A DNA stretch of 64,000 nt from a virus: the IMG/VR virus record IMGVR_UViG_3300016665_000824, positions 1 through 64,000 of that record; one strand, written 5' to 3'. The notes beneath the pieces were generated by a model, which was given only the letters and a program-made list of their open reading frames with translations, was not told the DNA's origin and made no database searches. Positions 55,393 to 63,726 of the stretch are shown here, one piece after another; position 1 is the stretch's first letter; each line of letters begins with the position of its first letter. The translations under genes were made by a program, and so were the position numbers.

Positions 55393-56019
55393 TTAGACTG
55401 TTTCTACGTGAGCTCGTTCAGCACTGCGGAGGCTTTCCAGTTCATCATTCTTGATCTCTTCGAGTCTCGCCTTAATTGCACGGGCAATCTCTGGACGGGC
55501 TTGAGATTCACGACCATGCCAAAGCTCCAACTCAGCCTTGTCGTAGGAAGCCTTAATCAGAGCCTTCGCCTTTTCGGGGGTGAAGTGAATCGACATTGCC
55601 GTATCGTTGGCAATACCTTCAATATCTGCGCGATCGGGGGTAAGGATTTCTAGAACACCTTCTTTAATGAGGCGTTCAAGGTGCTCGGCGCTAGGACGAT
55701 GAGATTGGATGGCGCGAGCTGTTTCGAGAGGGATTTGATTGGGGCCAAAGTTAATCCAGATATCAGTCAAGGGCAAGGAACTCATTCCCTTGGGCACGTT
55801 AATATCGGCAAGAATATCCTTGGCGCGATCGGTTGGAGGGTATTGGAGATTGATTGGCGCGTTATTGCGAGTTTCATTGTGCTTAAACGACCAAACCACA
55901 TAAGCATAGGGATCTTCGGTCTTGTATTCTGGCTCTGCGACAGAAGGGTCCAAGACGGCGGTTGTAGATTTTGCCTTGGGAACCTTAATTTCGGTTGTTG
56001 GAGTAATATCTTCTGGCAT
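55393..56019 (-). CDS. hypothetical head-tail region protein (208 aa; major tail protein candidate)
   Basis: position only. Confidence 0.55.
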   Translation of the reverse strand: MPEDITPTTEIKVPKAKSTTAVLDPSVAEPEYKTEDPYAYVVWSFKHNETRNNAPINLQYPPTDRAKDILADINVPKGMSSLPLTDIWINFGPNQIPLETARAIQSHRPSAEHLERLIKEGVLEILTPDRADIEGIANDTAMSIHFTPEKAKALIKASYDKAELELWHGRESQARPEIARAIKARLEEIKNDELESLRSAERAHVETV

Positions 56020-56029
56020 GATTTCTTCT

Positions 56030-56467
56030 TTAAGCTGGGAGGTAAAGGATATCTGATTTTGGTTTTTGAAGAGCGTTGCTTTTGGCTACATACTCATAAA
56101 GCTTGGTAATGGGCACTGCTTCGGCATGGGATTGACTATCCCAACCAACGTGCATCACCACGATCGCCTCAGATGGGTTGTAGCTACTTAGCGCTGTATG
56201 AGCTTCGCCCTGAACACCATCTGCCTGCTCTCGTAGTGCTTCTGGGTACATAAACCTTGCAATTACACCGAACTGATCGCTAATGCAGGACATAACAATG
56301 CCCTTCTCGCCAATATGGTTTCTATTGGCGTGGAGCAGGGTTTCAGCGTGGTTCTTGATTACAACATCGAATTCATCGGCGATCGTGCCGACAATTACGC
56401 GATCGCAATAGGCAAAGTTCCGCAGAAGCGGTGCGTTGAGGAGGAGATGATCAGGGTTTTGTTTCAT
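56030..56467 (-). CDS. hypothetical head-tail joining protein (145 aa)
   Basis: ORF. Confidence 0.6.
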   Translation of the reverse strand: MKQNPDHLLLNAPLLRNFAYCDRVIVGTIADEFDVVIKNHAETLLHANRNHIGEKGIVMSCISDQFGVIARFMYPEALREQADGVQGEAHTALSSYNPSEAIVVMHVGWDSQSHAEAVPITKLYEYVAKSNALQKPKSDILYLPA

Positions 56468-56478
56468 AATTCAATAGA

Positions 56479-56518
56479 TATAAAAATATCGAGCGCAGGT
56501 ATTCCCACGCTCGATATT
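56479..56518 (-). terminator. intrinsic terminator/attenuator immediately downstream of putative major capsid gene
   Basis: 11-bp perfect stem (AATATCGAGCG / CGCTCGATATT), 12-nt loop, then TTTTTATA on the transcribed strand. Confidence 0.65.
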
Positions 56519-56528
56519 GGCGATCGCC

Positions 56529-57440
56529 TTACAATCCGTGCAACCAGAGTACGGAGTAGGGACGCTTGATAATCAAGCCGCCGTACTTCATACGGGCGGT
56601 GCGCTGCATCCCACGAGGAAGCTCAATCCACTTCTTGAAGGAGAAAGGCTCGGTAATGCGGAACTTGATTTTGTTCGGATCGCGCTTGTAGTAACAAGCA
56701 ACGTTAGAACCGCCATCACCAACACCTTCGAGAGGGAGTAAGGGGAAGTAATCCTTAATGTAAGTTGCCTTACTCAAGTAGTAATCAAGAACAGAATCAC
56801 TGTTGAAGTCACTGAGACGACGGAAGCTGATTTCATCGTGAGTTGCCTGAGCAAACAAGATCGTGTCAGGGGTCTCAATATTGCGGGTCAAACGACGCAT
56901 GGCGTTGCCAGTGTTGTTCAATACCGCAAGAAGCTGAGCTACCGTAGCATTGCTGTCAAAAGCGTATGCAGAGTAGGACTTCAAAGTATCAGGATGGTTG
57001 AAGAAACCGCGCAATTGACCGTCACCCAAGAACACCATCTTGTCGAGGTATTGTTGACCTGCTTCAAGCACGATCTGGACTTTTTCCGCCTCAATGCCAG
57101 TACCAAACTTTTGAGAAAGTTCGATTTCTTTGTCATTAAGGGTATAAGCACCAATATGCTCAGAAACTCTTTGGCGGAATTCTCTCGACACGATCTCGAC
57201 GTTAGGAACGTGAGTGGTGTAGTCGCGAGCAGCTTCCCACCGACCGATACCAGTTACCTTGCGATAGCCAGTTTCTTCGAGTTCAGGTTTGTTCCAATCT
57301 TCGCGAGGAAGGAGAGTGCCGTTAGCCCAGTAAAGCTGTTCGTACTCTTCTTTTTCGAGAGACTGTTCTAGTTCGACGAGCTGCTCTTTGAAGTAGCCCA
57401 CCGACCAATCATCATTCTTAATTTCAGTAGCTGTGGTCAT
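56529..57440 (-). CDS. putative major capsid protein (303 aa)
   Basis: start refined to ATG 57440 (GGAGGAG upstream); track ORF N-terminal 96 aa is readthrough overlapping the upstream gene; abundance terminator follows. Confidence 0.6.
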   Translation of the reverse strand: MTTATEIKNDDWSVGYFKEQLVELEQSLEKEEYEQLYWANGTLLPREDWNKPELEETGYRKVTGIGRWEAARDYTTHVPNVEIVSREFRQRVSEHIGAYTLNDKEIELSQKFGTGIEAEKVQIVLEAGQQYLDKMVFLGDGQLRGFFNHPDTLKSYSAYAFDSNATVAQLLAVLNNTGNAMRRLTRNIETPDTILFAQATHDEISFRRLSDFNSDSVLDYYLSKATYIKDYFPLLPLEGVGDGGSNVACYYKRDPNKIKFRITEPFSFKKWIELPRGMQRTARMKYGGLIIKRPYSVLWLHGL

Positions 57441-57450
57441 TGGACTCCTC

Positions 57451-58323
57451 CTAGAAGTTCGCGTAAACTTTGACAACCCTGTTGTTGTTGATGTCGATAA
57501 CAACATCGGAGCGGAAACTGGCGCGGGTCGAAGCGTCGATCGCGCTGTTCGCATTGGTCTTTTGGGCATAACCCTTAGAGCCAGCAGCAACAGAGATATA
57601 AACGGTGTCGGACTCGGCGATACTGGTTTCCAAAGTAGGAACCCAAATACCAGAGAGATCACCCAATCGTCGTTGAACATCAACCGCCAACTGGTTAGCT
57701 TCGTATCCAGCAGTCGCCGCTTCGCCAACCACGTCTTTTTGAACGGAGGTGTTTAGGCGGGTGATGCCGCAGATAGCGGAGATTGCGTCACCACTGTTAG
57801 GAAGGCGAATGCTGCCACCATTGAGAGTTCCAGTCACACGAGGAGTTGTGCCTGCGACCTTGGTGACAAACAATCCAAAGCCAATGCGAGATGGGGCTGC
57901 GGCTGCGGTAGTTGGAGTGGTAGGCACGGTTAAAGGTGCTGCACCGCCACCACTGACGCTCACAAACATCGGGGTATTATCCTTGCGATGAGTGAAGACC
58001 AAAGTTGAGGTGTTATTTACCACCGAGGCAATCTGGCTGGCGCGAAGGTTAGCGCGGAACGCTGCGTACAAGCCTGCGGCAAGGTCGGCGCGAACAGTTG
58101 AAGCGGTGGTAAAAGAGAAGGTGATTGGGTTATCGGAGGTATCAGCATCATAGATAGTGATGCTGTACACAGTGGCTGTAACGGGAGTTGCAGGAGTTGT
58201 AACCGTCCAAACTTCCTTAACGTAGCCACTGTCATTGTGATAGGCTTCAACAGAGCCAACACCCATGCCCTCAACCATTCCAGCGAGAGCCTGTGTGTAA
58301 TACTGGCGATAATTCTTTTGCAT
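57451..58323 (-). CDS. putative head protein (290 aa; Thr/Ala/Val-rich, decoration or second capsid component)
   Basis: ORF between protease/scaffold-like and capsid-like genes. Confidence 0.6.
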   Translation of the reverse strand: MQKNYRQYYTQALAGMVEGMGVGSVEAYHNDSGYVKEVWTVTTPATPVTATVYSITIYDADTSDNPITFSFTTASTVRADLAAGLYAAFRANLRASQIASVVNNTSTLVFTHRKDNTPMFVSVSGGGAAPLTVPTTPTTAAAAPSRIGFGLFVTKVAGTTPRVTGTLNGGSIRLPNSGDAISAICGITRLNTSVQKDVVGEAATAGYEANQLAVDVQRRLGDLSGIWVPTLETSIAESDTVYISVAAGSKGYAQKTNANSAIDASTRASFRSDVVIDINNNRVVKVYANF

Positions 58324-58336
58324 TGTTTAGTTGCTC

Positions 58337-59827
58337 CTATTTTCTAGTGGAACGAGCTAAGGGTTTGGAGTAGTTCTTGCCGTAGCGCTCGTTATTGCGT
58401 TCTGCGGCATCCTTCTTCTCCTCGGAATCTTTACGCTCAGTGCGACCAACCTTTACGGCGGTCTCTAGGCGATCTGCGTAGCTAGGCGCAGGAACAAGAG
58501 TTGCGTACTCAGCCGCGCTATCGAAACGGGCTTCGATGTAGCTATCGTTGCGATCGCTTAAATCAACTTCAGGATGAATAGCCTTCAGTGCAGCGCGACG
58601 AATCTCGGTGGAGTCCATCGTGGTTTCGATACCTGCATCCTCGATGTTGATACCCTTAGAGGTAAGAAGGTCGTGAGCCTTGCCAATTGCATCGAGGCGA
58701 TCGGCAGTCTGGCGATTGATTTCTTCAGCGAGGAATTCACGGACTTCATCGGAGTCAAGAACGACTGCCAACTCAGAAGAGTCCATCTTCTTGCCCTTCT
58801 TCATCTTTTTCTTGATGAAGTCAGGCATCTTGCTTTCACCCTCGGATTCCTCATCGTCAGGCTCGCCTTCGCCGTCTTCCTTGTCACCACAAGAAGCATC
58901 CTGACGGATAGTTTCGAGTTGAGTTAGGGTTTCGGTTAGCTCATCTTCAAGAGCGTCAGCACGACCCTTGGTGCGATTAACTTCGGAAGTAAGGTCGGCG
59001 ATCGCGTCAGCCTTCTCTTTGAGTTCAGCCTCAAGAGAATCCACGCGAGACTTATATTTAGATAGTTCTTCGAGTTTTTGCGACAGGGGGTAGAGCGCGA
59101 TGTCCTCCACCTGAAACTCGCCAGCGCCATCCACGCGCAATGTTTTTGTTTTCAAATCGGACATAGCGGAGCTACCCTCATTTTTAATTGTTGGAATAAC
59201 GACAACGCTGTTCGGAGCAGAGGCTTTAACTTGGATCGAGTCAAAGCGAACTAGCTCAACAACCTCATCCCCATCGGCATCGGCACTATCGAGGTGCATC
59301 CTCACAGTGCTCCCCCCGCGTGGGTTGTCAGTTGCGGCGCAATGGTCTGGTCGAATCTTGGTTTGAACACGGTCAAAATCGCCCCGATAGGTGATCTGGT
59401 CGATCGCGTCGAACCATTCGCCATTCGGGGCTTCTACGATTTCGCATTCATATCCAAGAGAAAGACCGTTCTTTTTGCCTGCCTTTACGGACTGGGCAAA
59501 ATCGGGGTTAGAGATTCGGGCAATATTCTGTACAACCCCCTCGTTATCGTTGTACTCACCCGCCCTTGTTAATTCACCAACAGCGCTATCTCGTTTTCCC
59601 CGCAATAGCGAAGATGGATGCTCGACAGTCATCGGCAATCCTTTTAGGGACTCAAGGAAATCGCGATCGCGGTTTGCCGAAGCAGGTCGCAATTCACGAA
59701 CTCGCTTTCCGTCACCTCGAAAGTATGTCAATATGCCGTCTCGACAAACCGTGCTGTACGCATACAGCCCGTCCGCACGTTCTTCAGTGCGGGTCGCGAA
59801 ACTTACGTCATCAAAACGAAATGCCAT
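58337..59827 (-). CDS. putative prohead protease / scaffolding fusion protein (496 aa)
   Basis: globular N-terminal ~190 aa, then acidic coiled-coil region (EELSKYKSRVDSLEAELKEK..., DKEDGEGEPDDEESEGE); first gene of the operon. Confidence 0.55.
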   Translation of the reverse strand: MAFRFDDVSFATRTEERADGLYAYSTVCRDGILTYFRGDGKRVRELRPASANRDRDFLESLKGLPMTVEHPSSLLRGKRDSAVGELTRAGEYNDNEGVVQNIARISNPDFAQSVKAGKKNGLSLGYECEIVEAPNGEWFDAIDQITYRGDFDRVQTKIRPDHCAATDNPRGGSTVRMHLDSADADGDEVVELVRFDSIQVKASAPNSVVVIPTIKNEGSSAMSDLKTKTLRVDGAGEFQVEDIALYPLSQKLEELSKYKSRVDSLEAELKEKADAIADLTSEVNRTKGRADALEDELTETLTQLETIRQDASCGDKEDGEGEPDDEESEGESKMPDFIKKKMKKGKKMDSSELAVVLDSDEVREFLAEEINRQTADRLDAIGKAHDLLTSKGINIEDAGIETTMDSTEIRRAALKAIHPEVDLSDRNDSYIEARFDSAAEYATLVPAPSYADRLETAVKVGRTERKDSEEKKDAAERNNERYGKNYSKPLARSTRK

Positions 59828-59934
59828 TGGCTAATTCAACTTAGGTCAATGGCATTACTTTCTTGTTTTGTCAAGATGAATATTCGGTTTTATGGAAATT
59901 AGCGATCGCTTTTCTTTAAATACGCTCAATACCG

Positions 59935-59952
59935 CCACAAATCCACCACAAA
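59935..59952. promoter_or_regulatory. CCACAAA-N4-CCACAAA motif in divergent control region
   Basis: CCACAAATCCACCACAAA between the virion operon start (59827) and + strand regulator (59991). Confidence 0.5.
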
Positions 59953-59990
59953 GCCACGTTTCAATGCGAAAATCCGAGTAGAGTTACCAG

Positions 59991-60554
59991 TTGAATATGG
60001 CAGTAAAAAGTAAAGTCAAGCTCGGCGCGTATATCGGGCGAAGGCTGGAGCAGGAACGTACCGATGCCGATTACGGTCAGCAAGAAGTCATTAATGAGAT
60101 CCACAGAATAACGTCATCCCCAGAAGTTATTGCTGCGCTAGAGATATCTGTCGCCGCAAACCTAACCAAGTTTCGAGAGTTTCGAGGCAAACGCCAGAAA
60201 GATTTAGCCGCAGATCTAAACAACTTGCGCGATACCTTGCATGGCGTAGGTATAGATACTGAAGTGTCTGGCGATGTGTCTTGGATGTCTAAGGTTGAGA
60301 ATAGCGATCGCATCATGCAGGCGGTCGAACTACGACTCTTTAGCCTTGCTTTGGGTGTTCCGATGGAGGCATTTTTCCCTAATGAGTTAAACGTACTAGC
60401 AGAAAGTAATGACCCGTTCGCCCCTTACCGATATCTGGGACGCAGTATCGAGGGTATTCAAAAGTATCGACATGTCAGCGATCGCAACAAAATTGCGATC
60501 GTTTATTGTTCAGAAGGGTTGTCTTTACCTGATGGTGTGGGGAAATATCTATGA
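59991..60554 (+). CDS. putative HTH (XRE-like) DNA-binding regulator (187 aa)
   Basis: divergent from virion operon; segment LTKFREFRGKRQKDLAADLNNLRDTL resembles an XRE-type helix-turn-helix; start TTG 59991 or ATG 59997. Confidence 0.5.
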   Translation: MNMAVKSKVKLGAYIGRRLEQERTDADYGQQEVINEIHRITSSPEVIAALEISVAANLTKFREFRGKRQKDLAADLNNLRDTLHGVGIDTEVSGDVSWMSKVENSDRIMQAVELRLFSLALGVPMEAFFPNELNVLAESNDPFAPYRYLGRSIEGIQKYRHVSDRNKIAIVYCSEGLSLPDGVGKYL

Positions 60555-60784
60555 GTGTTTATTCAAGCCCCGAATTCACTGGTACAATCATTCGAGAAAG
60601 CCATGAGAGTGGCGTTTTGCTAGTCACGGTCGTAGAGTTACCAGGGCTAGTCTTAGTGCTCAACTCCCATAGCGAAGAAGAAATCGTATTGCCCCAAGCT
60701 ATTAGATCGTATCTAAGTCTTGAGGAGCAATTGAAGATTAAGCGATCGCGACCCAAAGTCACAGCAGTAAAAATATCCATCTAA
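60551..60784 (+). CDS. HicB/UPF0150-like protein (77 aa)
   Basis: ATGA coupling to upstream gene; ...GVLLVTVVELPGLVLVLNSHSEEEIVLPQAIRSYL matches the DLPGC...T.EEA...A...Y pattern of HicB-type domains. Confidence 0.55.
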   Translation: MSVYSSPEFTGTIIRESHESGVLLVTVVELPGLVLVLNSHSEEEIVLPQAIRSYLSLEEQLKIKRSRPKVTAVKISI

Positions 60785-60812
60785 TTCCGATCTGAATCAC
60801 CACGAAGAAATC

Positions 60813-62786
60813 ATGTCCTATGAAGCCCTGCCGTCGGGAAGCTTAGTCAAAGCTCCCATCGATCTGATCGAAACTCATCCACAGAACCCCGCCCCTACAT
60901 CACAGAGGTATAGCGAAATATTGGGGTATCCCGTCAGGGTTGAGGATGCTCAGGTCGAGTCCCTGATTGAACTACTAAGGGCGGAGGGCTACAACCCCAA
61001 TAAGCCTATGCTGCTCAGACCAGTTGGCGATCGCCTCCAAGCCGTTGAGGGCAACCACCGTTTTGTGGCAATGTGGATGCTCACCAAGGTACTCAGAGAG
61101 TTTGAACAGGACTATATTCCCGCGATCGTGGATGAAGATCTATCCGAAGAGGACGCTCTGATTAAGTTGAGTACTCTTAATACTCAGCGCAGGATGGAGG
61201 GTTGGCGGTTAGCTCGATTGGCTTACTACACTTGCGTTGAGAAAGGCATGTCTCAGCCTGAGTATGCGGCAAAGGTGGGATACGTCCTTGAGGGTGGAAA
61301 GCCAAATGGTCCACGGATTTCTAAGTTGATTCAAGCCTGTCGATTTGTTGACTATATTGCTGCCAACTCACCGATTGAAGAACTGCAAGACGTTGAGGCT
61401 TTAACCGAACCTAAGAACGGTTTGTTTAGGTCAGTTGATCGCGTCGTTGAGTTTATGTACCTCGACCAAGAGGACTGGTTATGGATTGCAGAGTTCTACC
61501 TCCGTCATCACATGCAGATCTCGGCAAAACAACGAGTCAACCTAGCCAAGGCGATCAAAGATACAAAGGATTTGCTCAACAGATCTACCTCGTATCCCGA
61601 TCGCTGGAGTCAATGGTTGCGCTGGGAGTATATACGCGGAGAGGTCGCTAGTCAGTGTGCGGCAAACGAGGAGTCCCAATTAGCCAAGAGTTTATTACCC
61701 CAACTAATTTCTGAGGCGAATAAAACCTACGAGTCGGACGACTTGCCATTCATTCACAACTATCACGAAGTTACTGGTAACAGGGTTGAAGAGAAAACTG
61801 CCAATCTCAAGGAGGAATTTCGTGCTGAGTTAATCAAGCAGATCGAAGGGCGTAGTGCCAAGTTTTACAGGCTTGTTGATGTTGCTGAAGCTGCGCGGAC
61901 TGTGATCGATCGCTATGCGTTTATCGATCAGAAGTACGAAAACTTCAAAAAGATCGAAAACACGGTACATATCGAGCAAGAGATTGTTGCGATCGCACCT
62001 CCGACGACCTCAAAGTCAAAATCTACGCCAACAACATCTACGCGATCGCCTGTTGCAGAAACAAAGCCCAAGCTTGATACCGAAAAGCGAGTGTGGATTG
62101 AGGAACAATATCAGCCAAAAGGCATGGTTTCTTCTCTAGAAGATTATGCTTTCCACGGCGGCAAACAGTACGGGCTGATATTCTCCCGTCTTGGCAATAG
62201 CGGCATGGAGGACTTCTTTCAAAATACCGACTATATCTATAGAACGCTTACCGAAGATGGAGTATTCGCACTGATATTGCCGCATAAATATTCCTTCGCG
62301 GTAATTGAGGAGCTTGAGTATAAGGTAGCTAACTCTAGTCGCTTACACCTTCGAGGGTTGGATGGCGGCATATATTCCGATGATGAAAAGCCGAGATTGG
62401 CGATCGCCGCATCAAACCGTACATTGATTCATCAAGAGTACGAAGAATTATTATTGTTCACCACTCAAGACGATACTCCTCTGCCATTGCGATCGCCTCT
62501 CCCTCGGATGGCGCTGGAGCCAGTTCACGATATTCTGACCGCTTTTGGCGACCTGAGCGAGCCGTTCTTAGATCCGTTCGCCTTCAGTGGTGAGGTCGTA
62601 GTCGCAGCAAAAAGTCTTGGGTATCGGTGCGACTATCTCGTACAGACTCCAAACCAGTTGGACTTGGTTACGCGCTGGTGCGATCGGACTGAGTTTCCTG
62701 AGAGTCTACTTAGATTTGCGGAAGAGTTTACTCATTTTGATGAGGCACTGTTTAGTGATCGAGCAACTACTCGTGCAAGATCCTGA
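60813..62786 (+). CDS. ParB-like N-terminal domain protein with C-terminal degenerate N6/N4 DNA methyltransferase-like motif (657 aa)
   Basis: N-terminus ...LLRPVGDRLQAVEGNHRFVAM (ParB/Srx-like); C-terminus FLDPFAFSGEVVVAAKSLGYR resembles MTase motif I with G to A/F changes; no clean DPPY. Confidence 0.6.
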   Translation: MSYEALPSGSLVKAPIDLIETHPQNPAPTSQRYSEILGYPVRVEDAQVESLIELLRAEGYNPNKPMLLRPVGDRLQAVEGNHRFVAMWMLTKVLREFEQDYIPAIVDEDLSEEDALIKLSTLNTQRRMEGWRLARLAYYTCVEKGMSQPEYAAKVGYVLEGGKPNGPRISKLIQACRFVDYIAANSPIEELQDVEALTEPKNGLFRSVDRVVEFMYLDQEDWLWIAEFYLRHHMQISAKQRVNLAKAIKDTKDLLNRSTSYPDRWSQWLRWEYIRGEVASQCAANEESQLAKSLLPQLISEANKTYESDDLPFIHNYHEVTGNRVEEKTANLKEEFRAELIKQIEGRSAKFYRLVDVAEAARTVIDRYAFIDQKYENFKKIENTVHIEQEIVAIAPPTTSKSKSTPTTSTRSPVAETKPKLDTEKRVWIEEQYQPKGMVSSLEDYAFHGGKQYGLIFSRLGNSGMEDFFQNTDYIYRTLTEDGVFALILPHKYSFAVIEELEYKVANSSRLHLRGLDGGIYSDDEKPRLAIAASNRTLIHQEYEELLLFTTQDDTPLPLRSPLPRMALEPVHDILTAFGDLSEPFLDPFAFSGEVVVAAKSLGYRCDYLVQTPNQLDLVTRWCDRTEFPESLLRFAEEFTHFDEALFSDRATTRARS

Positions 62787-62823
62787 TCGGTTAAGCGTGG
62801 GTAGCCACGACGCTTGTTCAAGG

Positions 62824-62862
62824 CAATAAAAAAGGAGTCCAATTGAGACTCCTTTTTTATTG
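62824..62862. terminator. bidirectional terminator (16-bp perfect stem with A6/T6 tracts) between convergent genes
   Basis: CAATAAAAAAGGAGTC caattga GACTCCTTTTTTATTG. Confidence 0.7.
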
Positions 62863-62869
62863 CTGTAGT

Positions 62870-63595
62870 TTAATCAAAGAATTTTCTAACCGCCGCTTCT
62901 ACATCCTTGTTTGGCATCGGGTAGCACCAAATCGGCATCATCCGACCATTGCAAATCCTTTCTTCTTGTTTGCCAAGAGCCTCGCAAGTAGCTTTGACAA
63001 ATTTTCCTAATGTGGTGCGGTTTTTAGCTGTTACGGGCAAACTCAAAGATTCAGCAATTTCTACGGCTCCCATCCACTTTGTCTCCGAGGCTGGAGCGAT
63101 CGCCTTGATAACAGCCATTGCGTCGTTGATCGCAACATCTACAAGCATTTGACATAAGCGAGGGTCGGAATCAGCAAGCATATCCTTGATCTCAAAGACT
63201 GACTTCGCTGTTTCGAGTGCTATTACACGAGAGGGCAATGCGGGAACAGGAGTGGGGGTAGTAGGCACTGATTGTAACAATGCCTTCGCCTTAGAGAAGG
63301 CTTCAACCAGATCGAGCTTGCTCTGAACAACGGCTACCGTGTTTCGGCTCAGGGTCATTAAAGCGGTCGCTTGGTCTTCGTTGAGTAGCGCAAATTTAGG
63401 AGGGTTCCCTGTCGCCTTTTCGGGGACTCCGATTTTAAATCGGATACCCGCGAACCTTGCTTCAATCATGTCTTGGTACTTCTTGATGTTCCGCATAAAG
63501 CTCTCGTGATCAATCCCAAGTCGCTCGGCAATCAGTCGAGAGTCAACAAGCAATTCGCCATCTTCATTGATGATTGGTACAATACTTTCGGACAT
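62870..63595 (-). CDS. phage regulatory protein, Rha/ORF6N-like (241 aa)
   Basis: N-terminus ...LLVDSRLIAERLGIDHESFMRNIKKYQDMIE... matches the Rha-type DNA-binding pattern. Confidence 0.6.
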   Translation of the reverse strand: MSESIVPIINEDGELLVDSRLIAERLGIDHESFMRNIKKYQDMIEARFAGIRFKIGVPEKATGNPPKFALLNEDQATALMTLSRNTVAVVQSKLDLVEAFSKAKALLQSVPTTPTPVPALPSRVIALETAKSVFEIKDMLADSDPRLCQMLVDVAINDAMAVIKAIAPASETKWMGAVEIAESLSLPVTAKNRTTLGKFVKATCEALGKQEERICNGRMMPIWCYPMPNKDVEAAVRKFFD

Positions 63596-63678
63596 ATAAT
63601 CTACCTTTTCTAGGTTATGTGTTACGCGATCGCACCTTCAAAAACTTGCGATCGCTATCCTTAATATTATACCTTGAT

Positions 63679-63696
63679 CTTGTGGCGATTTTGTGG
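63679..63696. promoter_or_regulatory. TTGTGG-N4-TTTGTGG motif (reverse-complement form of the CCACAAA pair) upstream of the final partial gene
   Basis: CTTGTGGCGATTTTGTGG in the gap between the Rha-like gene and ORF starting 63727. Confidence 0.45.
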
Positions 63697-63726
63697 GAGT
63701 ATTAATAAACGTCACAGGAATTTTTT

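Noticed and set aside
56838-57371. 177-aa + strand ORF inside the putative major capsid gene
   Set aside because: Antisense to a gene with a strong RBS and operon context.
56529-57728. Track version of the capsid-like ORF extending to 57728 (399 aa)
   Set aside because: The first 96 codons overlap the upstream 290-aa gene in another frame and read as junk; internal ATG at 57440 with GGAGGAG upstream gives a clean 303-aa protein abutting the upstream stop.
59828-59900. Sigma-70-type promoter for the virion operon (a perfect TTGACA on the minus strand at about 59869-59874)
   Set aside because: No convincing -10 hexamer at 16-18 bp spacing (best is CATTGA), so not reported as a feature.
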